DNA of 64,000 bases from the human T2T-CHM13v2.0 reference genome, Homo sapiens: assembly GCF_009914755.1 (NCBI RefSeq), contig NC_060929.1. One strand, written 5' to 3'. Shown here one piece after another: positions 29,427 to 48,029 of the stretch. The notes under the pieces were generated by a model. That model had not been told where the DNA came from. It made no database searches and saw only the letters and a list, made by a program, of their open reading frames with translations. The stretch's first letter is position 1; the number at the start of each line of letters is the position of its first letter. The position numbers and the translations under genes are program-made.

Positions 29427-30938
29427 GTCTGGAGAGCTTGCTGTAGCTCTTTATATTTGTTTTCTGATTTGTCTAAGAATTGTGAAATGTCTCCCTCTGT
29501 CAGTTTTCTTCTGTTTGGTCATTATAGATGGAAAAAGAAAAAATAAGTATTCTAAACTGTGTTCAATGAAGCTAAAAACAACATACACATGGCGTCTCCT
29601 CTTCTATACTATCTTGAAAGATGATGCAATACTTTTGGCAACACAGTATAAAATTGAAAGATTATTATTAATTTCACTATTGTATTTGTCTTTCTAGTAG
29701 GTTCCATTATTTTTTGTTTTTTTCTTTAGTCTTTTTTTAAGTCATAGTTGAAAATAATTGATGAATAAGAAAAAAATAATTCCTAGTATAACAAAATAGC
29801 AAAATGTTTAAAATGTTAGAAAAAGAAGATCACCAAGATCTCACAATATGTCTTAGCTTTATAAAAGGCTCAATGGACTTGTGTGATAATTGCAAGATAG
29901 AATAAATTTTATTTTAAAATAAATATATGTTATCTTTGTTCTTTGTAAGACTATTAAGAAATAATAAAATTCACAAAATATCAATTTTTACAGATAGAAC
30001 TGCTCAAAAAAAGAAACAAAACTATAATTGAGTCCAGTGAACTCCTATGGTATATGGGGGGTTAAATTGCATTAATTAAACAACATGTCGGGGAAAATTT
30101 CAGCGACACATTTATTTTTTAGTCCCCCTTTTCTTCTCCATAAGCTTTCATCTCATAGGACTTTTCCCAAGTTTTCTCCTCAAAAATTCTTTGAAAAACT
30201 TTCTCTGGTAGCCCCAGTACACAATCTCTTCATCTCAAAAGCCCCAAAGAACCTGTCTAACAAGAAGGTCGCCCAGAGAAGGGGCAGCAGCCATCACTGC
30301 AGCTCCAGTCTGCCATTTTCTCCTGTGGGTGCTGGGGAGGCTGGGTGGTTTGGGCCCAGGAGGAATTCCCCACAGCACAGCACAGTGGCTGTGGCAGATC
30401 ATGACCAGATTGCCTCTTGAGGCTGGACCTCGACCCATCCTTTCTCACTGGTCAGGGCCTCCTTGTGGGAATTTCAGCCATTCTGGCCAGGGGTTTACGG
30501 ACAGAGCTTTGATCTCCCTGGGATGAAACCCTGGGGTAAGGGGATCTGCAGACTTAGTCTTTCCCCTTGCTGGCTCTGAGGAATCCAGGCAGTCTGGAGG
30601 AGTGGGATTCCTCCCACACAGTGCACCCGCTCCACCAAGGGGCCACCAGAGTGCTTCAGTAAGCAAGTCTTTGATCCCATGCCTCCTGACTGGGTGAGAC
30701 CCTACAACAGTGGTTGCCAGACACATTATACAGGAGCATTCCTGCTGGCATCAGGTTGGTGCCCCTCTGGGACAGAGCTCCCAGAGGAAGAAGTGGACAG
30801 CCATCTTTGCTGTTCTGTAGCCTCCTCTGGTGACACCTCCAAGTGTGGGAGGGACCCTGACAAATAGGGTCTGGAAGGGACCCTCAGCAAACCATAGCAA
30901 CCCTACGGAAGAGGGGCCTGACTGTTAAAAGAAAAACA

Positions 30939-31330
<392 letters not shown>

Positions 31331-32575
31331 TCAAAACTACATAAACTCATGCTGAAAACTCAAAAAGCCAGAGTGCCTCTTCTGCTCCAAATGATCACAA
31401 CACCTCTCCAGCAAGGGAACAGAACTGGGCTGAGGCTGAGATGGATAAACTGACAGAAGTAGGCTTCAGAAGGTGCGTAATAATGAACTTTGCTGAACTA
31501 AAGGAGCATGTTCTAACCCAATGCAAAGAAGCTAAGAACCACAATAAAACACTATAGGGGCTGTTAACCAGAATAACCAGTTTAGAGAAGAAAATAAATG
31601 ACCTGATGGAGCTGAAAAACACAACATGAGAACTTCACAGTGCAACCACAAGTATCTACAGCCAAATAGACCAGGTAGAGAAAATAATTTCAGAGCTGGA
31701 AGACTATCTTGCTGAAATAAGACAGGCAAACAAGATTAGAGAAAAATGAATGAAAAGGAATAAACAAAACCTCTGAGGACTATGGGATTATGTAAAAGGA
31801 CCAAACCTACAACTGATTGGGGTACCTGAAAGAGACGGGGAGAACAAAACCAAGTTGGAAAACATTCTTCAAGATATCATCCAGGAGAACTTCCCCAACC
31901 TAGCATGACACACCAACATTCAAAGTTAGGAAATCCAGAGAACCCCAATAAGATACTCCATGAAAAGGTCAACCCCAAGACACATAATCATCAGATTCTC
32001 CAAGGTCAAAATGAAGGAAAAAAATGTTAAGGGCAGCCAGAGAGAAAGGCCATGTCACCTACAAAGGGAAGCCCATCAGACTAACAGAGGACCTCTCAGT
32101 GAAAACCTTACAAGCCAGAAAAGATTGGGGGGACAATATTCAACATTCTAAAAGAAAAGAATTTCCAAACTAGAATTTCATATCCAGCCAAACTAAGCTT
32201 CATAAGCAAAGAGGAAATAAAATCCTTTTCAGACAAGCAAATGCTGAGGGAATTTGTCACCACAAATCCTGCTTTGCAGGAGCTCCTGAAGGAAGCACTA
32301 AATATGGAAAGGAAAATCCATTACCAGCCACTACAAAAACACACTGAAGTACAAAGACCAATGACACTATGAAGCAACTACATTAACAAGTCTGCAAAAT
32401 AACCAGCTAGCATAATGGTGACAGGATCAAGTTCACACATAACAATATTAACCTTAAATGTAAATAGGCTAAGTGCCCCAATTAAAAGACACAGAATGGC
32501 AGGCTGAATAAAGAGTCAAGACCCATCAGTGTGTTGTATTCAAGAGAACCATCTCATGTGCAAAGACACACATAG

Positions 32576-32954
<379 letters not shown>

Positions 32955-35900
32955 TGCAATCCTAGTTTCTGACAAAACAGACCTTAAGCCAACAAAGATC
33001 AAAAAAGACAAAGAAGGGCATTACATAATGGTAAAGGGTTTAATTCAACAACAAGAGCTAACTATCCTAAATATATATGCACCCAATGCAGGAGCACCTA
33101 GATTCATAAAGCAAGTTCATAGATACCTTCAAAGAGACTTAGACTCCTACACAATAATAGTGGGAGACTTTGAGACCACACTGTCAATATTAGACAGATC
33201 ACAGATCATAGTGACAGAACACTGACAAAGATATTCAGGACTTGAACTCAGCTCTGAATCCAATGGATCTGATATGTATCTGCAGAACTCTCCATGTCAA
33301 AACTACAGAATATACATTCTTCTTCGGGTCACATGGCACTTACTCTAAAATCAGTCACATAATTGGAAGTAAAACACTCCTCAGCAAATGAAAACGAACT
33401 GAAATCATAACAAACAGTCTCCCAGACCACAGCACAATCAAATTAGAACTCAAGATTAGGAAACTCACTGAGAACCACACAACTACATGAAAATTGAACT
33501 ACCTGCTCCTGAATGACTCCTGGGTAAATAATAAAATTAAGGCAGAAAACAAGAAGTTCTTTGAAACCAATGATAACAAAGAAACAGTGTACCAGAATCT
33601 CTGGGATGCAGCTACAGTAGTGTTAAGAGGGAAATTTCCAGCACTAAATGCCCACATCAAAAAAGATTAGAAAGATCTCAAATCGACATCGTAATACACA
33701 AATAAAAGAACTAGAGAACCAAGAGCAAATAAACCCCAAAGCTAGCAAAAGACAAGAAATAACCAAAATCAAAGTGGAACTGAAGAAGATAGAGACACAA
33801 AAAACCCTTCCAAAAATCAATTAATCCAGGACCTGCTTTTATGAAAAAATGAATAAAATCAATAGACCAAAAGCTAGACTAATAAAGAAGAAAAGAGAGA
33901 GGAATCAAATAGACACAATATAAAATGATAAAGGAGATATTACCACTGACCCCACAGAATATACAAACAACCATCAGAGAATACTATAAACACCTCTATG
34001 CAAATAAACTAGAAAATCTAGAAGAACTGGGTAAGTTCCTGGACATATATATCCTCCCAAGACTGAACCAATATGAAGTTGATATCTGAATAGACCAATT
34101 ACAAGTTCTGAAATTGAGGCAGTAATAAATGGCCTACCAACCAAAAGAAGCCTAGGACCAGACAGTTTTATAGCTAAATTCTACCAGAGGTACAAAAAGG
34201 AGCTGGTACCATTTATTCTGAAACTATTCCAAGCAATTGAAAAGGAGAGGCTCCTCCCTATCTCATTTTATGAGGCCAACATTATCCTGATACCAAAACC
34301 TGGCAGAGATACAACAAAAAAAACTTTAGGCCAATATCCCTAATGAACATTGATGCAAAAATCCTCAATAAAATACTGGCAAACCAAATCCAGCAGCACA
34401 TCAAAAAGCTTATCCACTATGATCAAGTCAGCTTCATCCCCAGGATGAAGCCTGGTTCAACATATGCAAATCAATAAATGTAATTCATTACATAAACAGA
34501 ACTAAAGACAAAAACTACATGATTACCTCAATAGAAGCAGAAAAGGCCTTCAATAAATTTCAACATCACTTTATGTTAAAAACTCTCAATAAACTAGGTA
34601 TTGATGGAACATACCTCAAAATAATAAGAGCCATTTATGACAAATCCACAGCCAATATCATACTGAATGGGCAAAAGCTAGAAGCATTCCCTTGAAAACA
34701 GGCCAAGACGAGGATGCCCTCTCTCACCACTCCTATTCAACATAGTATTGGAAGTTTTGGCCAGGGCAATCAGGCAAGAAAAGGAATAGAGCATATTCAA
34801 ATAGGAAGGGAGGAAGCCAAACTGTCTCTATTTGAAGATGACATGATCCTATATCTAGAAAATTCCACCATCTCAGCCTCAAAGCTTCTTAAGCTGATAA
34901 GCAACTTCAGCAAAATCTCAGGATACAAAATCAATATGCAAAAATCACGAGCATTCCTATACACAAATGATAGACAAGCAGAGAGCCAAATCATGAATGA
35001 ACTCCTGTTCACAATTGCTAGAAAGAGAATAAAACACCTGGGAATACAGCTAACAAGGGGAGTGAAGGATCTCTTCAAGAAGAACTACAAACTACTGCTT
35101 GAGGAAATCAGAGAGGACACAAACAAATGGAAAAACATTCCATGCTCACAGATAGGAAGAATAAATATCGTAAAAATGGCCATACTGTCCAAAGTAATTT
35201 ATAGATTCAATGCTATTCCTATTAAAATACCATTGACATTCTTCACAGAACTAGAAAAAACTACTTTAGAATTCATACAGAACCAAAAAAGAGCCTGTAT
35301 AGCCAAGACAATTCTAAGCAAACAGAGCAAAGCTGGAGGCATTATGCTACCTGATTTTAAACTATACTACAAGGCTACAGTAACCAAAACAGCATTGTAC
35401 TCGTACAAAAACAGATACATAGACCAACGGAACAGAATAGAGAACCCAGAAATAAGACTATGACCATCTGATCTTTGACAAACCTGACAAAAATAAGCAA
35501 TGAGGAAAGGATTCCCTGTTTAATAAATGGTGCTGGAGAACTGGCTAGCCATATGCAGAAAATTGAAACTGGTTGCCTTCCTTATACCATATACAAAAAT
35601 TAGCTCAAGATGGATTAAAGACTTAAATGTAAAACCCAAAACTATAACATCCCAAACAGAAAATCTAGGCAATACCATTCAGGACACAGGCTGTAGCAAA
35701 GATTTAATGACTAAAACATCAACAACAAAAATAAAAAATTGACAAATGGGATCTAATTAAACTAAAGAGCTTCTGCATACCAAAAGAAACTGTCATTAGA
35801 GTGAACAGACAACCTACAGAATGGGAGAAATTTTTTGCAATCTATTCATCTGACAAAGGTCTAATATCCAGGATCTACAAGGAACTTAAAGAAATGTACA

Positions 35901-37119
35901 AGAAAAAAAAAACCATTAAAAAGTGGGCAAAAGACATGAACAGACACTTCTCAAAAGAAGACATTTATGTGGCCAACAAACATATGGAAAAAAGCTCAGC
36001 ATCACTGATCATTAGAGAAATGCAAATCAAAACCACAATGAAATACCATCTCACACCAGTCAGAATGGCAATTATTAAAAAGTCAAGAAACAACAGATGC
36101 TGGCAATGCTATGGAGAAAAAGAAACACTTTTACACTGTTCGTGGGAATGTAAATTAGTTCAACCATTGTGGAAGACAGTGTGGCAACTCCTCAAAGACA
36201 TGTAACAAGAAATACCATTTGACCCAGCAATCCCATTACTAGGTATATACCCAGAGGAATATAAATCATTCTATTATAAAGATATATGCACGCATATGTT
36301 CATTGCAGCACTATTCACAATAGCAAAGACATGGAATTAACCCAAATGTCCATCAATGATAGACTGGATAAAGAAAATGTGGTACATATACACCATGGAG
36401 TACTATGCAGTCATAAAAAGGAATGAGATCTTGTCCTTCAGGAACATGGATGGAGCTGGAAGCCATTATCCTCAGCAAACTAATGCAGGAACAGAAAACC
36501 AAACACCACATGTTCTCACTTATAAGTGGGAGCTGAATGATGAGAACACATGAACACAGGGAGGGGAATAACACACACTGGGGCCTGCAAGGGTGAGGGT
36601 GGCAGGAGGAAGGAGAGCATCAGGGTAAATAGCTAATGCATGTGGGGCTTAATACCGAGGTGATGGGTTGATAGATGCAGCAAATCACCATGGCACACGT
36701 TTACCTGTGCAACAAACCTGCACATCCTACACATGTACCCTGGAACTTAAAATAAAATAATACAATTTTTAAAAAAGAAGGTCAAGGAAGAGAAGAGATG
36801 GAACAGATCAATTAAAAATTCTCTTTAGCTGGCAGGGGAGGATGCAAGGCTGTGCCCTCCCCACTTGCATTTTTGAATTTTTGCTCTTAGTTTATGCATA
36901 ACTATGTGCATTTTCTAACAAGGAGTAACCAGGCTAGGAGGTATATTCACATAAAGCCAAGAGTTTCTGGTCCTTACAATCAACTCCCAGACTCTCTCCT
37001 AGGCTGAGAACTCCCAGAAGCTGGACCATAGGAACATAAAACCTACAGCTTGATGAGAGAATTTTCTTTTTACTTGCTACTGTGGACCAGCCGTTATACT
37101 AAGTAAAGTTCCTGAATTA

Positions 37120-37260
37120 CCCCATTTCATCATCACAGCAAACCCTGGAGTTATCATCTCCTCCATTTTTATAGATGAGGAAATGGGGGCTCAGAATAAT
37201 TAAATTACTGTCTTAAAGTCACAGAAACAATAAATATAATTGAGTCAAGGACCTTGCATC
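37120..37260 (-). mobile_element. MIR fragment
   Basis: ctccattttatagatgaggaaatgggggctcaga core. Confidence 0.65.
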
Positions 37261-37893
37261 AGTCAGATTCATATTTGAAATCAACAGAACCCATACTAGT
37301 TAGGATTCAAGAGGGGAAAGAATTATTGGAAAATATTAGATATTTCAGAGGTTCTTTAGGAGAGCCAGAGAATCAACCTTGGAGGCTACACGCAATTATC
37401 TTGCAGATTCTGAGGACAAACCTGTTACTGCTGCCACCAGACCTATAACCTGTCACTTTCCCTGAATCTGAGATATTACTTCTAAGTCTTCTATCACTGT
37501 AGCCTCTGAAAACAGAATGACCCTGTCCACCAAGCCAGATTCCACGCTGTTTGGCACCTTTTTCATTTCATTCTCATCCACATTGAAGTTTCTTTTTTTT
37601 TTTTTCCAGTTTCCAATACATTTTTTATTTCCACCTGAGAATTTGTCAGCCATGCCTTCACTAACTATATATATATATATATTTTTTTATTATACTTTAA
37701 GTTTTAGGGTACATGTGCACATTGTGCAGGTTAGTTACATATGTATACATGTGCCATGCTGGTGCGCTGCACCCACTAACTCATCATCTAGCATTAGGTA
37801 TATCTCCCGATGCTATCCCTCCTCCCTCCCCCCACCCCACAACAGTCCCCAGAGTGTGATATTCCCCTTCCTGTGTCCATGTGATCTCATTGT

Positions 37894-41721
<3,828 letters not shown>

Positions 41722-43255
41722 TATGATGTTAGCTGGTTATTTTGCTCGTTAGTTGATGCAGTTTCTTCCTAGTCTCGATGGTCCTTACATTTTGGCATGA
41801 TTTTGCAACAGCTGGTACCAGTTGTTCCTTTCCATGTTTAGTGCTTCCTTCAGGAGCTCTTGTAAGGCAGGCCTGGTGGTGACAAAATCTCTCAGCATTT
41901 GCTTGTCTGTAAAGTATTTTATTTCTCCTTCACTTATGAAGCTTAGATTGGCTGGATATGAAATTCTGGGTTGAAAATTCTTTCCTTTAAGAATGTTGAA
42001 TATTGGCCCCCACTCTCTTCTGGCTTGTAGGGTTTCTGCCGAGAGATCCGCTGTTAGTCTGATGGGCTTCCCTTTGAGGGTAACCCGACCTTTCTCTCTG
42101 GCTGCCCTTAACATTTTTTCCTTCATTTCAACTTTGGTGAATCTGACAATTATGTGTCTTGGAGTTGCTCTTCTCAAGGAGTATCTTTGTGGCGTTCTCT
42201 GTATTTCCTGAATCTGAATGTTGGCCTGCCTTGCTAGATTGGGGAAGTTCTCCTGGATAATATCCTGCAGAGTGTTTTCCAACTTGGTTCCATTCTCCCC
42301 ATCACTTTCAGGTACACCAATCAGACGTAGATTTGGTCTTTTCACATAGTCCCATATTTCTTGGAGGCTTTGCTCATTTCTTTTTATTCTTTTTTCTCTA
42401 AACTTCCCTTCTCGCTTCATTTCATTCATTTCTTCTTCCATTGCTGATACCCTTTCTTTCAGTTGATCACATCAGCTCCTGAGGCTTCTGCATTCGTCAC
42501 GTAGTTCTCGAGCCTTGGTTTTCAGCTCCATCAGCTTCTTTAAGCACTTCTCTGTATTGGTTATTCTAGTTACACATTCTTCTAAATTTTTTTCAGTTTT
42601 CAACTTCTTTGCCTTTGGTTTGAATGTCCTCCCATAGCTCAGAGTAATTTGATCGTCTGAAGCCTTCTTCTCCCAGCTCGTCAAAGTCATTCTCCATCCA
42701 GCTTTGTTCCGTTGCTGGTGAGGAGCTGCATTCCTTTGGAGGAGGAGGAGGCGCTCTGCTTTTTAGAGTTTCCAGTTTTTCTGTTCTGTTTTTTCCCCAT
42801 CTTTGTGGTTTTATCTACTTTTGATCTTTGATGATGGTGATGTACAGATGGGTTTTTGGTGTGGATGTCCTTTCTGTTTGTTAGTTTTCCTTCTAACAGA
42901 GAGGACCCTCAGCTGCAGGTCTGTTGGAATACCCTGCCGTGTGAGGTGTCAGTGTGCCCCTGCTGGGGGGTGCCTCCCAGTTAGGCTGCCCGGGGGTCAG
43001 GGGTCAGGGACCCACTTGAGGAGGCAGTCTGCCCGTTCTCAGATCTCCAGCTGGGTGCTGGGAGAACCACTGCTCTCTTCAAAGCTGTCAGACAGGGACA
43101 TTTAAGTCTGCAGAGGTTACTGCTGTCTTTTTGTTTGTCTGTGCCCTGCCCCCAGAGGTGGAGCCTACAGAGGCAGGCAGGCCTCCTTGAGCTGTGGTGG
43201 GCTCCACCCAGTTAGAGCTTCCGGGCTGCTTTGTTTACCTAATCAAGCCGGGGCA

Positions 43256-43564
43256 ATGGTGGGCGCCCCTCCCCCAGCCTCGCTGCCGCCTTGCAGTTTG
43301 ATCTCAGACTGCTGTGCTAGCAGTCAGCGAGACTCTGTGTGCGTAGGACCCTCCGAGCCAGGTGCGGGATATAACCTCGTGATGCTCCGTTTTTTAAGCC
43401 TGTCGGAAAAGTGCAGTATTCGGGTGGGAGTGACCCGATTTTCCAGGTGCCATCTGTCACCCCTTTCTTTGACTCAGAAAGGGAACTCCCTGACCCCTTG
43501 CACTTCCCAAGTGAGGCAATGCCTCGCCCTGCTTCGGCTCGCACATGGTGTGCGCACCCACTGA
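43256..43564 (+). other. L1 ORF0 / antisense promoter region of copy A (MVGAPPPASLPPCSLISDCC...)
   Basis: Recognisable primate L1 ORF0 peptide within ORF 43187..43564. Confidence 0.75.
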
Positions 43565-44789
43565 CCTGCGCCCACTGTCTGGCACTCCCTAGTGAGATGA
43601 ACCCGGTACCTCAGATGGAAATGCAGAAATCACCCGTCTTCTGCGTCGCTCACGCTGGGAGCTGTGGACCGGAGCTGTTCCTATTCGGCCATCTTGGCTC
43701 CTGCATCTCCACATTGAAGTTTCATGCTGGTGTGTCTGACTTGGTGGAGTCTAAGTCACATAACTACACCTTGGCTGCGAAGAATGCTTGGGAAGGAGCT
43801 CCTGGCTTTTAACTTTGGAAGATAGGATTTATGAGATGGGAAATTATCCAAACAGAGAACGACACTGGGCAGTCAAAACAGCTTGCCAAATGGCCAGTGC
43901 AGAGGTCAAGTTGAATGAGGTACAATGGTGTTCTCATTTTACAGATGGGAAAACTGAGGTGCACTGAGTAGCTACAGTTGGCTGTACTATGCTCTCTTCT
44001 CCAATATTTTTGCCATGCCTCTTAGAAGCATTTTGATTGCAAGACCTTAAAAGAAGTGGAAATTCACAGCAAAAGTGAGCCTTTCCATCTGTCTTCTGTG
44101 CCTTATAGTATTAGAATGTACTATGGAAATTGTTGCTAAACTTTTATCTGATAGGAAAGGATGCATAACACATTTCTCCTTCAGATCTTGGTAAAGAATG
44201 GAGTCTGTGCAAATGCCAGTCTGGGAGGTAATAAAAGGGTTTCTCATGAAAAAGGTTTCTATGAAACTTCAATTTCAATGAAGGATTTCCTTGCTAGGTT
44301 TTGGAAATAGCATTGTTGGAATATTGAAGTTCTTATCATTGTAATTAATTTTTTAAATTTTTTAAAAAATTTACCTATTTAGAATCTAAAACTTTTTAGT
44401 AGAAAAAAATTACCTCCAGTCTGAACAGTGTCAATCATAAAACATTTGCTATTAATTTTACACAGTATAGCAAAATTTATACAACAAAACTAATTTTGAA
44501 AAGCCACAATCAACTTGGGCAATGAAATGTCATCAATTCTATCACTTTACTCATGAGCTGACTTGAAAGTCCTACAGGCATGTGCGTTTCCTAAAACACT
44601 AAAATTCAGTTGGAGAATGAAAACATAGTTGGTCAACATGCCAAAGTACTCAAAATCTAAACTCATGCATGATGAGTGAGAAAATAAATAATCCTGTCAC
44701 ACAAAAAAAGTACCATCTTTTCAAATGGCAAACGTATTTGCAGTATTTTATATCCCACTTAACTGAAAATGTTATTTAAAAACAAATAG

Positions 44790-45125
<336 letters not shown>

Positions 45126-47558
45126 TGAATAAAAATTAAAGGTGACTAGCATGTGATATTCCCTCTAAACAAGGATTGCTTAATGTGGGCTACATGAATG
45201 ATATTGAGAAGAGTGCTTAAACACCCTGAAAGCATATACAAAATTATGTGCAGGTGTGCTTACTGTATGTGTGTGCAAGCTGTGCACATACTTTTTTTGA
45301 TAAGAGAATTCACAGATGTTATCAGGTGTTCAAAGGAGTCTCTGTTGCTCATAAATCAAAATGATAGAGGGCTATTTTAGGTCACAGAACAGATTCTGTA
45401 ACATATGTAATGTAATATGAACTTGAATTCAGGACTCCTCTAGCCCAGATCCTATTTTGCTATTAACTTTAATTTAAACCATGCAAGATATCCATCTTTT
45501 GCAAGGTCCTTTTTCTCCTCTGATGCTGTTTATACAAGGTCTCTAAGAGCCTATAAAGCAATGTTACTAGAGATAGACCTGGAATATTTGAAAACAGATT
45601 AGAACTGCCTCTTACCACCTTCTAACATCTACCAGAATCTTCATCAAAGAGGAAGGAACAAAGCCCTAAAGCACAAAGCAGTATATTAGGAGTGAGCATA
45701 AAAACGTTAAATTAACCACCAAACTTGTGACATTCTTTTCATTTTTACATAAACCTAATCCCAAGATTTCTGTATTGGAGAGAAATTCTAGGCTGAGACT
45801 CCTAGTGAGCATATTAACTACGTCTGCCTTGTTACTCCTTATTTCCCTGTTGCCTAGTATAGTGCCTGGCAAATAGTGAGCCTTCAATAAATATTTTTTG
45901 AACTTAAATGAATTGAATTGCTTTGAGCTGAATAAGAGTTGGCATGTTAAGAGTTTTGGGTCAGCCATTATTTAAAGTTATTTATGAAGCTATCAAATGT
46001 CACATGGGCATTTCTCTTTAACTTCCATGCCAACAACCTTTTTATAAATTAAAATCTGAGTCAACAATTTCTTTCCAATACCTTTTTCTTTTATTCTATC
46101 AGTGATGCTATAGAAATGGACAAGTAGTTAAATCTTTCACAGGGTGAAAGGTTGACTTTTAGGAATGTGTTTATTTCTAAAAAAAATAGTATCCTGGAAC
46201 CTTGCTAAGGCAGATAAGTTGATATAGAATACAGGTGCATCTTGGACTAGGTCCAGGGGAATTCAGGGACTCTAGTTCTGGAAAGGTCACCTGATAAAAC
46301 ATTCAATTCACAATTTAACAGAGATCATTTAGATAGGAGGTCTCTATACTTAGATTTCATAAACCAGTAGGAATTTTCACACCCAAAATAATTAGGGTTA
46401 GTTCTCATAGGACTGCCAACTTTTCAATTTTTTTCAAGACACTAAAACACAATAATTTCCATGTACCACCATCATTTGTTAAAGAAATATCCTCTTAACA
46501 CCAAAGAAAGCAGAATGATTATAATCTCAGAATAAATGACAGTCTTCAAAGTGGAATCAATTTGGCTTCATGAAAAATTCACAATGTTCTCTTTAAAAGT
46601 TTGCCTTGTCCTTTTGTTGCTGGTTGGCACAAATGTTATCACAAACCAACACTGATCTATGGGGTGGCATTTGGGAACCACTAATATAATTAAACCCCTT
46701 TGGGCTGAGGTTTTTTTGTTTCCTCCTCCCTATCCACTCTCCACCCTTCCCAACTCATCTTTTCAGGGAACGCTGATCTCGCTGGACATTTATTTGGGTT
46801 CTCTTGCCCTCTGGCTTGATGAGTTCAGCCCAAGAGAGACACAGACAGGAGAAGAGGGGATGAGAAGAGAGAAGGTCAGGCTATTTACTCCGCTGGTTCA
46901 TTTCCCCTCCCCGCTTCCCTCCAACCACCAAGACTGCCTAGACATAGTTGGCCGTGGCTGTGTTCCTCTCCTCAAGCTTTCTTTCTAGACTTGTCAGTTT
47001 TGCTCTTCCCCTACCTCTTCAGGTCAAGATAAGGCAAAGGGCACCCGTACTTCCAGGAAATGCTTCACCAACCTTTGTTGGTTCCTTTAATCTTACCCAC
47101 ACCTTCTAAATCATCCCTTCGTTTAACTCTCCTCGGTTTCTGCATTGGAGTAGCCATCTATTTCCTGCTGTCTTGATCAATACATTCTTCATTTAAAGAT
47201 GAAAATGTTGAGACGCAGACAAATGAAGTAGCTGGTCCAAAGTCACATGGTCACTTAGAATCAAGTCAGATATAGACCATGCCTTCCAGATTACAAGAAG
47301 AGTGCTCCTTAGGTTGTGCTCATCCAGGCCACCATCCTCCCAGGGCCACCACCTGCTCAGCCATATAGATGGGCATTTCAACAACTAGTTGTAGTTTGTT
47401 CACATTTCTAATTTAAACATCTTCTTAGGTGACTATTGAGGCAAACCCAAACACAGAGGAATACTGTTTTCACTGGAGTGGATTAGAGCCAGGAAAATTG
47501 AGTTTTTAAATATTTGCCTAAGTAGAAATGGGCAATTTAGTATAAGAAACTATTGCAG

Positions 47559-48029
<471 letters not shown>

